Shown one piece after another: positions 60,890 to 64,000 of a stretch of 64,000 nt of DNA. The position numbers and the translations under genes were made by a program. The number at the start of each line of letters is the position of its first letter. Position 1 is the first letter of the stretch. Location: contig JAGIQG010000011.1 of the NCBI GenBank assembly GCA_024679065.1, positions 48,298,001 through 48,362,000 on the forward strand. The letters are read 5' to 3'. The stretch is from Sphyrna mokarran. Taxonomy: Eukaryota. Below the pieces are notes generated by a model that saw nothing but the letters and a program-made list of their open reading frames with translations, was not told the DNA's origin and ran no database searches.

Positions 60890-63640
60890 CACATGGAATG
60901 TATTCAATCACACTCTAATCATTCCCTTGTAGATGATGGAAAGGATTTGGGAGTCAGGAAATTCCAAACAAAAAACTCTGACCTGCTTCTGTAGCCAAAG
61001 TATTTATGTGGTTGGATCAGTTAAGTTTGGGGAAAAATGGTGGCATTCTGGGATGTTGATTTGGGATTCAGCGATAATAATACCACCGAACATCAAGTGG
61101 AAATGGTTAGATTTTTTGTAGGAGATGCTCATTACCTGGCTCGTGTGGCAGGGATGCTACTTGCCACTTATCAGCCATTATCTGTGGTTCATGAATGGAA
61201 TTAACATTGTGCAACCATCAGCAAACACGCTCACTTCAGATCCTATGATGGAGTGAATATTATTGATAAATAATACACTGCCCCAAGAAATTCCTTAGCT
61301 GATTAATTATCCATCATTATTCACAACTGAATACAGTAGTGTTGCAGAGATTTGGTCTGATCTGTTGGTTGTGAAATTGCTTAGCTTAATGTATAGTATG
61401 CTGCTTCCACAGTTTGGCATCCCTATACTCATGCATTGTAACCTCACTATGCAGCCATCTCATTCTTCAGTATGTTTGGTGGTGCTCCTGGATACTGTCC
61501 TACAATCCTCAATAAACATGCATTACTTCCCAGTCTGGATGTTCATGATAGAGTGAAGGATATGCCATGAGATTACCAAATATGGTGGAATACATTTCTA
61601 CAGTTGCTGACGGCCCATAGCTCCACTTAGTTGTTCAATTTTGAGCTGCTGGTTGTGTTGCTATAATATAATGAAAGGTGCTCCTGATATGAAGACAGAA
61701 CTTGGTCTCCACCAGGACTCTGCATTGGTCTCACTTTCCAAGGCATCTTCACAATCTACAAAGCATAAGTCAGGAGTGCGATGGGATTCTCTCACTTCCC
61801 TGATAAATGCAATTCCAATTATACTCAAGTTAAAGAATATTGAAGACAAAGCAGGCTCTTTGTTCAGTGTCCCATCTGTCATTTTAGACATTTATTCATT
61901 CCATCACTGATGCACAATGGCAGCAGTGTATACCATCTACAACTCACAAAGAGTCTAACAAAACCTCTACCACTTAGAAGGACAAGGACAGCAGATGCAA
62001 GAGAACACCATCACCTGCAGACTTCCCCCAAGTCCCATATCAACCTAACTTGGAACTATCACTGGATAAAATCCTGGAATTCTATCCCTAATAGCATGTA
62101 GGGTATGCCTACGGTACATAGACTTCAGCGGATCACGATACAGTCAAAGAATTAGCAAAAATCATGAGTCAGAAGTGCCAAATGGATGATCCATCTCAGC
62201 CTCCTTGAGAAATCCTCAGCATCACAGATGTCAGCCAATTCAATTCACCCTACTCGATACCAAGGAATGGCTGAAAAGCACTGGATACTGAAAAGGCCAT
62301 GGGTCCTGAAGTATTCTGGCAATAATACTAAAGACTTGTGCTCCAGAATTTGCTGCACTCCAGGCCAAGCTTTTCCAGTACTGCTACAACACTGGTATCT
62401 GTCTGGCAACGTGGAAACTAGCCTAGGTATGTCATGTGCACAAGGAACAGGACAAATCCAATCTGACCAATTGCTACCCCATCAGTCTGCTCTTGATTAT
62501 CAATAAAGTGATGGAAAGGGTCATCAACAACACTATCAAATAGCATTTACTCAGCATAATCTTCTCAGTTTGAATTCTACTAGCATCACTCAGCTTCTGA
62601 CCTCTTTACAGCCTTGGTCCAAACACAGACAAAAGAACTTAACTCCAGAGCTGAAGTGATAGTAAATGCCCTCGACATTAAGGCAGTATTTAACTGAGCC
62701 TTAGCAAAACTGGAATCAATGGGAATCAGGGGAAAACCCTCCCTTGGTTGCAATTAGAAAAGTGGTTGTGATAGCCAGAAGTCAATCATCTCAGCTCCTG
62801 AATTATAACAGGAGTTCCTCAAGGTAATGTCCTAAGTCCACCTTAAGTTGTGTCATCAATTATCTTCCTTCCATCACAAAGTCAAAAATGGGGATGTCTG
62901 CTGATGACTGAACAATATTTAGTAATATTTATGATTCCTCAAATACTAAAGCAGTTCAAGTTCAAATGCAGCAAGACCTAGACAATATTCAAACTTGGGA
63001 TGACAGGTGGCTAGTAACATTTGTGCTACACAACAGCCAGGCAATGACCGTCTCCAACAAGAAAGGAACTAACCATCGTCCCTTGACATTCAATTACTAT
63101 TGCTGAATCCCCCACTGTCAACATCCTGGAAGTTATATTGATCAGAAAATGAACTGTATAGCTATGCAAATACTGTGGCTACAAGAACAGGTCAAAAGCT
63201 AGAAATCCTGTGACAACCCACCTCCTGACTCCCTAAAGCCTGTCCCACCACAAGACACAAGTCAAGAGTAAAATGGAACACTTATCATTTGCCTGGGTGA
63301 GCGCAGCTCCAACAACACTCAAGAAGCTCAACATTGTCCAGAACAAAGTAGACTACTTGACTGCTAACTCTTCCACAAACATTCAATCCCTCCACCACTG
63401 GTGAACAGTGGTAGCCATGTGTACCACCTACATGATGCACTTCAAGAACTCACCAAAGTTCCTTAGGCAGCACCTTCCAAACAAACAACTAATACCATCT
63501 AGGAGGACAAAATACCTGAGCAGCAAATACCTGAGAACACCATCATCTGGAAATTTCCCTCCAAGCCACTCATCATCCCGACTTGGAGATATATCACCAT
63601 TCCTTCACTGTCGGTGGGGTAAAATCCTGGAACTAAACGT
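60890..63640. mobile_element. Decayed CR1/L2-group LINE pieces (minus 60890-61750; plus 62170-63640)
   Basis: KSNLTNCYPISLL, ALDIKAVF, TGVPQGNVLSP, MSADD, DRWLVTF motifs with stops. Confidence 0.7.
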
Positions 63641-64000
63641 AGGTCACAGGTGAAAAGTGAACCAGATTTGTGACATGTTAAAACATGAACAGTAGAGTTT
63701 ATGGCAGATAGAATGTTGGACACTAACTAAACATCTGTTGGAATTGTCAAGTCTAAAGTTAACAAAGAATGACTGAGGGTTTCAGTAACAGATGAGCTGG
63801 GTTCAAAGCAGGAAACGTTATGAAGGTGGAAATAGATGGTCTTTGTGAGGCACAAATTGAGGTAAGAAGCTCAGCTCTTGGCCAACAGTGACACCAAAGT
63901 TACAAGCAGACTGTGCTAATCTTACTGTTTTCAGGCAGAACAGATACAGAGTGGTTCTGTCCCTATCTCCTGAAAACTGAAAACAGTGTCTTATAGGTGC

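Noticed and set aside
1-64000. Prokaryotic systems (CRISPR, retron, DGR, operons)
   Set aside because: The sequence has spliceosomal introns and vertebrate TEs, all RTs are LINE or Gypsy type, and no repeat-spacer array was seen.

Overview
Eukaryotic, repeat-rich vertebrate DNA, most likely from a cartilaginous fish (shark-type HE1/V-SINEs and CR1 LINEs). Two host genes lie head-to-head. On the + strand is a complete five-coding-exon ropporin-1 gene (ROPN1; CDS 24502-59696, 205 aa, reconstructed by hand and mostly missed by the ORF track). On the - strand is the first coding exon (1B-type) of kalirin (KALRN, 14005-14071). A CpG-enriched promoter region with an RFX X-box separates them. The rest is intron filled with CR1, RTE and L2/CR1-like LINEs, SINEs, two decayed Gypsy elements (one with Gmr1-type integrase-before-RT order), Harbinger relics and Penelope-type hammerhead relics. 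The most unusual signal is a young CR1 lineage whose 3' UTR carries a splice acceptor, a structured RNA segment and a V-SINE body (three copies, one starting almost exactly at the acceptor). Three long, high-identity inverted duplications of decayed TE sequence also sit inside ROPN1 introns. All homology calls are from recalled family motifs, not database searches, and TE boundaries are approximate.
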